The notes beneath the pieces were generated by a model. That model was given only the letters and a program-made list of their open reading frames with translations. It had not been told where the DNA came from and did no database searches. This document shows, in pieces, positions 50,901 through 60,859 of a stretch of 64,000 bases of DNA; within the stretch, counting starts at the first letter, position 1, and every line of letters starts with the position of its first letter. A program made the translations under genes and the position numbers. Source of the stretch: Phyllobates terribilis (Eukaryota); contig NW_027362764.1 of the NCBI RefSeq assembly GCF_046119375.1, positions 520,118,001 through 520,182,000 of the forward strand, given 5' to 3'.

Positions 50901-51321
50901 TTTTCACATGCCACCATGACTCCTGCTACCTATGTTTGAAAAATTCTTACTTGCATAATTTGAGATGAAAAACGATTTGGCAACCAATAACCTGGGTCCA
51001 TCCCAAACAGTGTAGCAGACGCCTGTCATAAATATCAATCTTTAATTACAATGGTAGTGGAATGTTCATGCTCAATGAATTTGTATTATGTAGTAAAATT
51101 ATGCAATAATGCCCTGTTTGAAGCTTAGCAAGCCTTAATTGGTGGTGGTGGTGGTGGTGGGGAAGTAAAACCAGCATGACTGCTCTTTATTATAAATTAA
51201 TTTGGTATTTTATTAAATTAAAAATACTGCTGAACATCCAGACCTTAAAATAAACAAAGTTACAAGTAATTTTTATCATGTAATTGGCAATGTAAGTCCA
51301 ATGACAAGATGATATGGAATG

Positions 51322-52875
51322 TGTAACATCCCTGGCGGCGTGCTTGCATGGTGCACCACCTCCCACCATGCAAGACCGCAATCTTACCTGTCAGTTCATG
51401 CTGCACTCTTTGTTTCAGTACCTGCTGTGTCCATGTCTCTTGTCTGACTGCTTAGGGCGTCGGCGCGGCTTTCTGCTTGTTTCTTATAGCTACTGTGTGC
51501 ACAGTCCTAATGCGTCCCCAGCCTATTGCTGTGAGTCACTGGATACTTAAACCCCCTCCACCCAGTAGGAGGTGCCTGCGCAACACTTTCCATCTGTTTG
51601 TTCCTTGCAACTTAGTCGCCAGGTCCTGTCCTGTATCTAGTCTGTTTCTGCCACCCTGGGGGCTGTATACCCAGGTCTGTTACCTGTACCTGTGACTTTA
51701 GTCAGTTTCCGCCACCCTGGGGGCTGAGTTCCCAGGCTCGTTCCTGCATCTTGTTCCTGGTTCAGATCCTGTCTGAACAGTGTCCTAGTCTGTTACCTGT
51801 TTGTCTCTATGTCTGGATCTTTCCCTTTTCTTGCAGTATCTGAACCTGCACCTAACTCCAACTCGTTGTCTCTGTACTTCTGTTTGTGAGTTTTGTGTCC
51901 ACTCGTTACTTCATTGCAAGTACTTTGTGTGTATCTGGTTCTGCTCATTCTGTTTCCCTGCCTCTGTATCTAACTCCTGTGTTCCAGCTATCTTCTTGTG
52001 TTCTCCAGTCTGTTCCATGTGAACAGAGCCCTGTCCTGTCTACCGCATCTGCGGGTTTTGCTTTGCTCTGCTTGCTCACCGCACCTGCAGTTTTGCTCTG
52101 CTTTGCTTGTTCACCGCATCTGCGGGTTTTGCTCTGCTTTGCTTGTCTACCGCATCTGTGGGTTTTGCTCTGCTTTGCTTGTTCACCGCATCTGCGGGTT
52201 TTGCTCTGCTTTGCTTGTTCACCGCATCTGCGGTTTTGCTCTGCTTTGCTTGTTCACCGCATCTGCGGGTTTTGCTCTGCTTTGCTTGTTCACCGCATCT
52301 GCGGTTTTGCTCTGCTTTGCTTGTTCACCGCATCTGCGGGTTTTGCTCTGCTTTGCTTGTTCACCGCATCTGCGGTTTTGCTCCGCTCTGCTTGTCTACC
52401 GCACCTGCGGCTCCGTTCCTGTATCCCAGTCTGTACTGGTCCCTATCCTGCCTGCGTTTCTACCTGCCAGTACCCGCCTCTCTGTATGTCAGCCGTGCCT
52501 GCCTGTGCCCACCTGGCTGCATGCCAGCCATGCCTGCCAATGCCCACCTGTCTGCATATCAGCTGTGCCTGTCAATATCCACCTGTCTGCATACCAGCCG
52601 TGTTTGCCAGTACCCACCTGTCTACATGCCAGTCTAACCAGCCTGTTCCTGCATTCCCCGGTGTGGGTCAACAGCTGTGACCGGGGTCTGACCTGGAGTA
52701 GCACCTGGTCCCTCTGCTCGGTTCCTCCCTGGTTCATGGAGTCGACTGAGCCGCCGTGCGACCTTGGTTGGATCGGGATGATACTTAGTTACGCCCCTCC
52801 AGGCACTCCTCGGTTCATGGTACAGTGGGATCACTAATCACGCTCACGCCAGTCAGTCTGGGTGCCAGCGTAACA
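51322..52875 (+). repeat. 5' LTR of a decayed chromovirus (same family as solo LTR 13085-14637)
   Basis: TGTAAC...GTAACA, followed by GTTTGCTCAGGCC and a gag ATG at 52889. Confidence 0.9.
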
Positions 52876-52888
52876 GTTTGCTCAGGCC

Positions 52889-53310
52889 ATGGTTACCATT
52901 GAGCCCCACGGCCCTTCGCTCTCAGAGACATTTGAATCCTTGTCTGGCGAATACGTGCACCATGAAAAAAAAAATTCTCAAGCTGTGGCCCAGGCGATTT
53001 ATGCACCAGCCCAAATGGATCTATCAGCACTCGTTCCTGCAGATCCACCACGGTACTATGGGGATCCAAAATGAAGCCGTGCATTTGTGGAGCAATGCGT
53101 GCTGCATTTCAAATTCTATGCTCACTATTTTCATACCGATCTGGTTAAAGTAGCATTCATGATGTCCTACCTAGTGGGTGATGCCTTGAAATGGATCACC
53201 CCCCTATGGGAAGCATGGGATCCTATCGTCTCTGACCTGCAGGCCTTCCTGGTGGCCTTTCTAATGGTCTTCGATGACCCTAATCCTGAGGCTTCTGCTA
53301 AAGCTTCCCT
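52889..53310 (+). pseudogene. gag: Decayed sushi-type gag fragment
   Basis: DPPRYYGDPK*SRAFVEQCVLHF...KVAFMMSYLVGDALKW...FLMVFDDP, with a stop codon. Confidence 0.85.
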
Positions 53311-53741
53311 TCCCAGTATCCTGGAGCAGCCCCGATGGGTAATGTGTGTAGGTAGCCTACCAGTTCCCCAGCCTGAAGAGACTGCTGCCCACACAGAATC
53401 CACACAGGATGACTGTTAGAACCCTCCTGTTAGTTTTTTCTATCTTGTGTTTTGCGGTCACGTGACCATCTGCCTATATATTCCAGCTCCGCCCTTCTGG
53501 CTTTGCTGGACTTCAGTGTTGTTTGGCTGTTTTGCTAGCCTGGTGCTTCTGTGCCTATCTCTGTCAGTTTGCTTGGTCCTCTGGGACCTCTAGTACTTTT
53601 TGTCAGTTTGTCTTTTGTGTTCTACAACAATTTCTGTTTAGGAGGTGTCTCAATTTTGTCCCAGTCCTTAGTTCTTTTAGGGACCCCTCCCTTAAATCTA
53701 TAGGTCTTCGTTCAGACTAGCTGAGGACGAAGGCGGGTCTG

Positions 53742-56700
53742 TGTTATGATCTGCTACAGAGACTAAGGAAAGACAGGAGATCTGTCCCTACAATAGAACT
53801 AAACTAGATCCCTACGATGTAACGGGGAACCTGATCCTGCGATCAGACCCGCTAAAGTCCTCGGCTAGTCTGTACGAAGACCTATAGATGTGAGGGAGGA
53901 ATCCCTACAAGAACTAGGGACTGGGAAAAGTTGGACACCTCCTAGCAGAAATCGTAGCAGTCAAAGACAAACACACAACAAAAAGTAAAGAGGTCAGAAG
54001 ACCTAGCAAAACTAACAGAGAACGGCAACAGAGCACCAAGCTAGCTCAACAGTAGTAAATACAAATGAAGTCCAGCAATGCCAGGAGGGCGGAGCCGGAT
54101 TAAATAGGCAAAACTGGTCATGTGACCAGCAAACTAAAAAAAACCTAACACGAGAGTTGTAACAGTACCCCCTCTTCTAAGAGGATCCTCCGGATCCCCT
54201 AGGCCCAGGCTTACCAGGAAACCTCCTGTGAAATGCTCGGACAAGTCTGGAAGCAGAAACATCATCCGCCCTCACCCATGAGTTATCCTCAGGTCCGAAA
54301 CCCTTCCAAGCGACGAGATACTGCAAACTCCCTCTATACCGTCTAGAATTTAGGATGCGGGAAATTTCATGAAACACCGGATTAATCCTCCAGGACGTAG
54401 GAACCTCCAGCCTAACAGCAGATTGGTTAACTATCTGAAGCACCTTAAAGGGCCCTACGAACTTGGGACCCAATTTTTTAGAAGGAATCCTCAATCGCAG
54501 ATTCTTAGAGGACAACCAAACCATGTCACCAACAGCAAACAAAACTTCTTGCCGTTTCCTATCAAAGTACCTCTTAGATTTTTTGTTAGCCTCCTGAAGA
54601 TTACCACGCACATCCGTCCAATCTCTCTCCAAATCACCGGAAAAACTCTCCTCCTCAGGCACAGCCGAAACCAATTTGGAGAATGACCCAAAAGACGGAT
54701 GTCTCCCAGAACAACAAAAAAAAGGCGAACACCCAGCAGAAGAGGATGTATGGTTGTTAAGAGCAAATTCAGCAAGTGGCAGAAACTCAGACCACCCCTC
54801 TTGATTGTCTGCCACAAAACAACGCAAGAACTGCTCAACATCCTGGTTCTTCCTTTCTGTCTGGCCATTAGACTCAGGATGATATCCGGATGAAAACGAC
54901 AAATGGACTCCCAACCTGTCACAAAAGGCACGCCAAAAACGAGCCACGAACTGAGGTCCCCTATCAGAAACAATGTCAGTAGGAACACCATGTAGTCTGA
55001 CAATCTCCTTGACAAAGGCCTTAGCGAGTGTCTTAGCGCAAGGCAGTTTGATAAAGGGAACCAAGTGACACATCTTGCTAAAACGGTCCACGACCACCCA
55101 GATGACCGTGAAACCTTCAGAGGGAGGAAGGTCAGTAATAAAGTCCATAGTCAGATGTGTCCAAGGTGCACTAGGAACCTCCAGAGGGCAAAGCAACCCC
55201 GCAGCAGGAGCATGCGAAGACTTGGATCTAGCACACACAGTACATTGGCGCACCCACTTAATGACTTCCTTCTGCCATCCAGGCCACCAAAAACTGCGAC
55301 CCACAAGTCTCTTGGTCTCAGAAATTCCTGGATGACCTGCCAACCGAGACTCATGACACTCAACAAACAAATCTCTCCTAAAGGTCCTAGGCACAAACAA
55401 CCTCCCATGGGGAGTGTTAGATGGGGCATTCTCCTGTGCTTTAAGAATCTCATCCTCCAAAACGGAGTCCAAAGCAGCAATCACAACACCTTCTTGTAAA
55501 ATGGTCTCCTCTTCCTCCTCAACACCGACCATGCGAGAAAAGCTGCGAGACAAAGCATCCGCTTTAACATTCTTGGTACCCGGGATGTAAGTAAAATTAA
55601 ACCGCGAGAAAAAAAGTGCCCACCTAGCCTGACAGGCATTCAAGCGCTTGGCAGCATCAAGATAGATCAGATTTTTATGATCAGTGAAAACCTGAATGGG
55701 AAAATCAGCACCTTCCAAGAGGTGACGCCAGTGTTCAAATGCGAGTTTAATCGCCAGCAATTCCCGATTACCAATATCGTAATTAAGTTCAGTCTCGGAA
55801 AATTTTTTTGAAAAAAAGGCACAGGGATGTACTCCATCCTTGTTTTCCTGAGACAACACCGCACCAACCCCCACCGAAGAAGCATCAACCTCAACCAAAA
55901 ACGGCTTAGTCACATCAGGCTGCATAAGGATGGGAACAGAGGTGAACCTCTCCTTTAAAAACACAAAAGCTTCAATGGCCTCAGAAGTCCACTGAACCGC
56001 ATTAGCACCTTTCCTGGTGAGATCGGTCAGCGGTTTGACAATAATAGAAATTTTTTTTATGAATTTTCTGTAATAATTGGCGAAACCCAAAAACCTCTGT
56101 ATCGATTTCAAACCAATAGGCCTAGGCCATTCCTGTACAGCCTGAACCTTCACCGGGTCCATCTCAAAACCTTCACTGGAGATAATGTAGCCCAAAAAAC
56201 TAATTCTCTGTACAGCGAACTCACATTTCTCCAGCTTAGCAAAAAGCGAATTGTCCATTAATAACTGTAATACCTCATGAACGCTCCGCCAATGAGACTC
56301 CAGATCAGGCGAATAAATCAAAATGTCATCCAAATACACAACCACATTTTTGCCGATTAAAGGTCTAAGGATATCATTAATAAGATTCTGAAAAAATGCT
56401 GGAGCATTGGTGAGACCAAAAGGCATAACCAGATTCTCAAAATGACCCACAGGAGTGTTAAAAGCAGTCTTCCATTCATCACCCTCCTTTATGCGCAACA
56501 ACTTGTATGCCCCCCGGAGATCAATTTTAGAGAACCACTTGGCCCCCACTAACTGGTTAAATAAATCAGGAATCAATGGCAGTGGGTAAGGATTGCGTAC
56601 AGTAATTTTATTAATCTCACGAAAGTCCAGACAAGGACGTAAACCGCCATCTTTTTTTTTTACAAAAAAAAATCCAACAGCCACAGGAGACTTGGAAGGC

Positions 56701-58644
56701 CTAATGTGACCAGCGGCCAAGCTTGTCTGTATGTATTCCTCTAAAGCCTTTCTCTCAGGAATAGTAAGATTAAATAAACGACTCTTAGGAAGAGTCGCTT
56801 CAGGGACAAATACAATGGTACAATCATAGTCTCTATGGGGAGGCAAAACCCGCGACTCCTCCTCAGAAAAAACTCTCCAAAAATCCTGAATAGGTACAGG
56901 CAATTCCCCTCTATCCACAGCAGCAATGCGCCCGTTACAACACTTGTCATAACACTTAGGGCTCCAGGACTTAATTTCATTGGTAGACCAATCCAGTACA
57001 GGATTGTGCAATTTTAACCAGGGTAACCCCAATATTACTGGAGAAGGCAAATTATCCAATACCACCAAATCCAAATTCTCTTGATGAATACCATTAATAG
57101 TGAGGGGAAATTCACAGACCTTGTGAGTAACACTCTTCAAGGGAGAGCCATCGACAGAAACCACAGCAATAGGGGATGACAAAGTTTTAGGTTCTAATCT
57201 AAGTTTTTCCAAGAATCCCCCATCAATCACATTCAGAGTAGATCCACAATCCACAAATACCCGAAATTCAATTAATTCATCCTGAGCAGCAGTAGTGGCA
57301 GATAGGAATACTCCCTTAGAATTTAAACAGGCAATACGGGCATGACTGACCATTTTTTTTTCTTTCTTCATACGAAGCACACAGCTCTTAATCAAATGAC
57401 CAGAATTTCCGCAATAGAAACACAAGCCTTCAGAAAGTCGGCGGTCTTTTTCCTGAGAGCGGGGTGTCATCGCCCCTATTTCCATCGGCTCACCATTGTC
57501 AGCACTGAACCTCTCAGGACTCGAAGCTGACATAGCAGAGGATTTGCTCTCATTAACCCTTGCACGCAGTCTCCTGTCCACCCGTATAGCTAATTGCATT
57601 GCCTCCTGCAAGTTTCCAGGTGTGGGATAAGCAATCAGTAAATCCTTAACCCTTTCACCTAGCCCTGCAAGAAACAAGCTTTTCAAAGCTGAATCGTTCC
57701 ACCCCACCTGGGCAGACCACCGACGGAAGTGAGAACAATATTTTTCCACATTACCTGATCCCTGCCTCAAACGTCTTAATTCAAACTCAGCAGATGAGAC
57801 ACGATCAGGATCATCGTATAATAAACCCAAAGCAGAAAAAAAACTATCCACTGATCTAAAGCACGGATCACTAGGTTGGAGAGAGAAGGCCCATCCCTGA
57901 GGATCTTTGCGCAAAAGTGACATTATGAACCGTATGCGCTGTGATTCATCACCAGAGGATCCGGGTCTCAAACGAAAATATAATAGACAAGCATTTTTAA
58001 AAGAAAAAAAATCTTGTTGTTCGCCAAAAAATAGATCAGGCAGACGTACCTTTGGTTCCACAAAATGCGCTCCAGAACAGCTACTCACGTGTTGTTGGAG
58101 CTTGGCCACCTCCAGAGAGAGTCCCTGCAAGCGTTGAGCCAAATCTTGCACCGAGACCATGATGGAAAACTGGAGGTCTTTCCTTAGAGAAATTTTTTTT
58201 TTTTTATATGGCTGGACTTACTGTTATGATCTGCTACAGAGACTAAGGAAAGACAGGAGATCTGTCCCTACAATAGAACTAAACTAGATCCCTACGATGT
58301 AACGGGGAACCTGATCCTGAGATCAGACCCGCTAAAGTCCTCGGCTAGTCTGTACGAAGACCTATAGATGTGAGGGAGGAATCCCTACAAGAACTAGGGA
58401 CTGGGAAAAGTTGGACACCTCCTAGCAGAAATCGTAGCAGTCAAAGACAAACACACAACAAAAAGTAAAGAGGTCAGAAGACCTAGCAAAACTAACAGAG
58501 AACGGCAACATAGCACCAAGCTAGCTCAACAGTAGTAAATACAAATGAAGTCCAGCAATGCCAGGAGGGCGGAGCCGGATTAAATAGGCAAAACTGGTCA
58601 TGTGACCAGCAAACTAAAAAAAAACTAACAGGAGAGTTGTAACA
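53742..58644 (-). mobile_element. Young Ty3/gypsy chromovirus with single gag-pol ORF
   Basis: 423-bp LTRs (53742-54164, 58222-58644) with 4 differences seen, TSD GTCTG (53737-41, 58645-49), PPT next to the 3' LTR. Confidence 0.97.
54177..58160 (-). CDS. Gag-Pol polyprotein, 1327 aa (gag, CCHC, protease, RT, RNase H, integrase, chromodomain)
   Basis: CFYCGNSGHLIKSC, VDCGS, YLDD, integrase HHCC and D,D35E, chromodomain LQYLVAWKGFGPEDNSW. Confidence 0.93.
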   Translation of the reverse strand: MVSVQDLAQRLQGLSLEVAKLQQHVSSCSGAHFVEPKVRLPDLFFGEQQDFFSFKNACLLYFRLRPGSSGDESQRIRFIMSLLRKDPQGWAFSLQPSDPCFRSVDSFFSALGLLYDDPDRVSSAEFELRRLRQGSGNVEKYCSHFRRWSAQVGWNDSALKSLFLAGLGERVKDLLIAYPTPGNLQEAMQLAIRVDRRLRARVNESKSSAMSASSPERFSADNGEPMEIGAMTPRSQEKDRRLSEGLCFYCGNSGHLIKSCVLRMKKEKKMVSHARIACLNSKGVFLSATTAAQDELIEFRVFVDCGSTLNVIDGGFLEKLRLEPKTLSSPIAVVSVDGSPLKSVTHKVCEFPLTINGIHQENLDLVVLDNLPSPVILGLPWLKLHNPVLDWSTNEIKSWSPKCYDKCCNGRIAAVDRGELPVPIQDFWRVFSEEESRVLPPHRDYDCTIVFVPEATLPKSRLFNLTIPERKALEEYIQTSLAAGHIRPSKSPVAVGFFFVKKKDGGLRPCLDFREINKITVRNPYPLPLIPDLFNQLVGAKWFSKIDLRGAYKLLRIKEGDEWKTAFNTPVGHFENLVMPFGLTNAPAFFQNLINDILRPLIGKNVVVYLDDILIYSPDLESHWRSVHEVLQLLMDNSLFAKLEKCEFAVQRISFLGYIISSEGFEMDPVKVQAVQEWPRPIGLKSIQRFLGFANYYRKFIKKISIIVKPLTDLTRKGANAVQWTSEAIEAFVFLKERFTSVPILMQPDVTKPFLVEVDASSVGVGAVLSQENKDGVHPCAFFSKKFSETELNYDIGNRELLAIKLAFEHWRHLLEGADFPIQVFTDHKNLIYLDAAKRLNACQARWALFFSRFNFTYIPGTKNVKADALSRSFSRMVGVEEEEETILQEGVVIAALDSVLEDEILKAQENAPSNTPHGRLFVPRTFRRDLFVECHESRLAGHPGISETKRLVGRSFWWPGWQKEVIKWVRQCTVCARSKSSHAPAAGLLCPLEVPSAPWTHLTMDFITDLPPSEGFTVIWVVVDRFSKMCHLVPFIKLPCAKTLAKAFVKEIVRLHGVPTDIVSDRGPQFVARFWRAFCDRLGVHLSFSSGYHPESNGQTERKNQDVEQFLRCFVADNQEGWSEFLPLAEFALNNHTSSSAGCSPFFCCSGRHPSFGSFSKLVSAVPEEESFSGDLERDWTDVRGNLQEANKKSKRYFDRKRQEVLFAVGDMVWLSSKNLRLRIPSKKLGPKFVGPFKVLQIVNQSAVRLEVPTSWRINPVFHEISRILNSRRYRGSLQYLVAWKGFGPEDNSWVRADDVSASRLVRAFHRRFPGKPGPRGSGGSS

Positions 58645-59985
58645 GTCTGTTCACTAGGAACAGGCAGCCCGCTACATCGTAAGGATTCAGCTTAGTCTTA
58701 CTGTAGGGACAGCTTTCCCCTATCTTTCCTTAGTTCTTGTTGCAGATCATAACAGTAAGTCCAGCCCAAAAAACTTAAAGGAAAGAAATTCGGGGATCAG
58801 TATGGTTTCCGTCCAGGATTTGGCTCAACGCCTGCAGGGATTGTCTCTGAAGGTGGCCGAGCTTCAGCAACACGTGAGTAGCTGTCCTGGAGCGCATTTT
58901 GTCGAACCGAAGGTAGGACTGCCTGATGTTTTTTATGGTAAACAGCAAGAATTTTTTTTCCTTTAAAAATGCTTGTTTGTTATTTTTTCGTTTGAGACCA
59001 AGATCCTCTGGGAATGAATCACAGCGCATTGGTTTAATTATGTCACTTTTGCGCAAAGAACCACAGGGTTAGGCTTTTTCTCTCCAGCCTAATGATCCGT
59101 GTTTAAGCTCTGTGGAAGAATTTTTTTCTGCTATGGGGCTATTATATGACGATCCTGATCGAATCTCATCTGCTGAATCAGAACTTAGACGTTTGAATCA
59201 GGGGTCAGATGATGTTGAAAATTATTGCACACACTTCAGGAGATGGGCCTCAGAAGTTAAATGGAATGATTCTGCGCTGAAATGTTTATTTCTTGCTGGT
59301 CTGAGTGAAAGGGTTAAGGATTTGCTAATTGCATTCCCTGCACCTGAGACTCTGCAGGAAGCTATGCAGTTAGCTGTTCGTGTGGACAGGAGACTGAGGT
59401 CCAGGGTTAATGATGTAAAAACTCCTGTAACTTCAGGTCCTAGTTCCCAGAAATTCTGCTCTGACAGCGGAGAACCAATGGAGGTGGGGGAAATGTCACT
59501 CCGCTCTCAGGAAAGAGACCGGAGATTCGCCGAGGGTTTATGACTTTATTGTGGTAAAGCTGATCATTTGATTAAGTATTGTGAGCTTCGTTTAAGTAAA
59601 GAAAAAAAAAAGGTCAGTTACACCCGTATAGCTTGTTTACGCTCTGCAGGAGTATTTCTTTCTGGGAGTACTACTCTGCAGGGAGATTTGATTGAATTTC
59701 AGGTATTTGTGGATTGTGGTTCAACACTTAATGTGATTGATAAAGGGTTTTTTGGAAAACCTTAAATTGAAATCCAAACCTTTGTCATCACTTATTTCTG
59801 TGGTTGCAATTGATAACACTCCTTTGAAATGTATTACTCACAAGACTGCTGCATTTTCCCTCACTATCAATGGAGTTCACCAAGAAATTTTGGACTTGGT
59901 TGTTTTGGATAATTTGCTCTCTCTAGTTGTTCTAGGATTGCCTTGGTTAAAACTGCACAATCCTTTATTGGACTGGTCTACTAAT

Positions 59986-60300
59986 TAGTGTTGAGCCACC
60001 CCCGTAGTGTTCGAGTTCGGTTCGGTTCGTCGAACACCCGTGTGTTCGCCGAACTGTTCGTCGAACTGTTCGTCGAACAACGTCGAACACCGATAAAACC
60101 AATGGCAGGCAAACAAAAACACATAGAAACACATAGAAAACACCTTCAAAGGTGTCCAAAAGCTGACAAACTGCTCAGAAGACACAACTAACACATGGAA
60201 AAGTGACAAGTACATATAGTCATGCGAAAAGAAAAGAGGTGGAGGAGTAAAAGGAGGGGGAGACACAGATATAGGCATGTCATGCCCTTCTAAAATCCAA
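59986..60300. mobile_element. Terminal fragment of a hAT-like element
   Basis: TAGTGTTGAGCCACCCCC start. The first ~200 bp is homologous to 10808-11017 reversed. Truncates the older gypsy protease region. Confidence 0.65.
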
Positions 60301-60489
60301 AAAGTGAGAAGCCGACACGTTCAGTCCGCTCCTGCCCGTGCCACCTCCGTGTCGCCGGGTTTGTGCCAGAGCCACGGTGAACCCTGACGGCCAGCCCCCC
60401 TCTCCCAATACTGGTGCCTGTCCGCTGGTGGGTCGAGCGAGCCCCCCTGTGGTGGAGGCAGCTCTAAGCTTTTTAATTTAAATTGTCTC

Positions 60490-60763
60490 TCTAATTTGAA
60501 TGAATACACTTTAAATCCATTTACAAGGATCTATTGGAGGGCAAGTCTCATGCCAGCAGCCGCGTAATTCCAGCTCCAGTAGCGTCCACTAAAGCTGCTG
60601 CAGTTAAAAAGCTTTTATAAGGATCGAGCTCGGCTGTCCACCGCAAGGCATCCTACTGCCAGTCCCAGCCCCTATGCCTTGGGGTGCCTCCTGATGCTCT
60701 TCACTGAGTATCCCGTGGTCCCGAAGCATTTCCTTTGAAAAAATTAAGTGTCCAAACTACAGG
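60490..60763 (+). pseudogene. Degenerate 18S rRNA fragment
   Basis: TTGGAGGGCAAGTCT..TGCCAGCAGCCGCG.TAATTCCAGCTCCA..AGCG..GCAGTTAAAAAGC and CCCGAAGC.TTT.CTTTGAAAAAATTA, with many substitutions and indels. Confidence 0.9.
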
Positions 60764-60859
60764 TGGTGTAGCTTGCTTAATAGCCGGGATAATCCGCTGA
60801 CTAGCAGACACTGCTACTAGGCACAAAGTATTTCCTGGGCTAGATGCAGTTAAAAATTT

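Larger units (their letters stand above)
53414..59985 (+). mobile_element. Older chromovirus copy (5' LTR 53414-53741 + 58650-58754, decayed gag-protease 58802-59985), split by a younger relative and truncated
   Basis: LTR homologous to the inverted LTRs of 53742-58644. Gag starts MVSVQDLAQRLQG. Frameshifts and stops; VFVDCGS protease motif. Confidence 0.88.

Noticed and set aside
60490-60763. Functional rDNA locus
   Set aside because: A short fragment with indels in universally conserved positions, flanked by TE debris.
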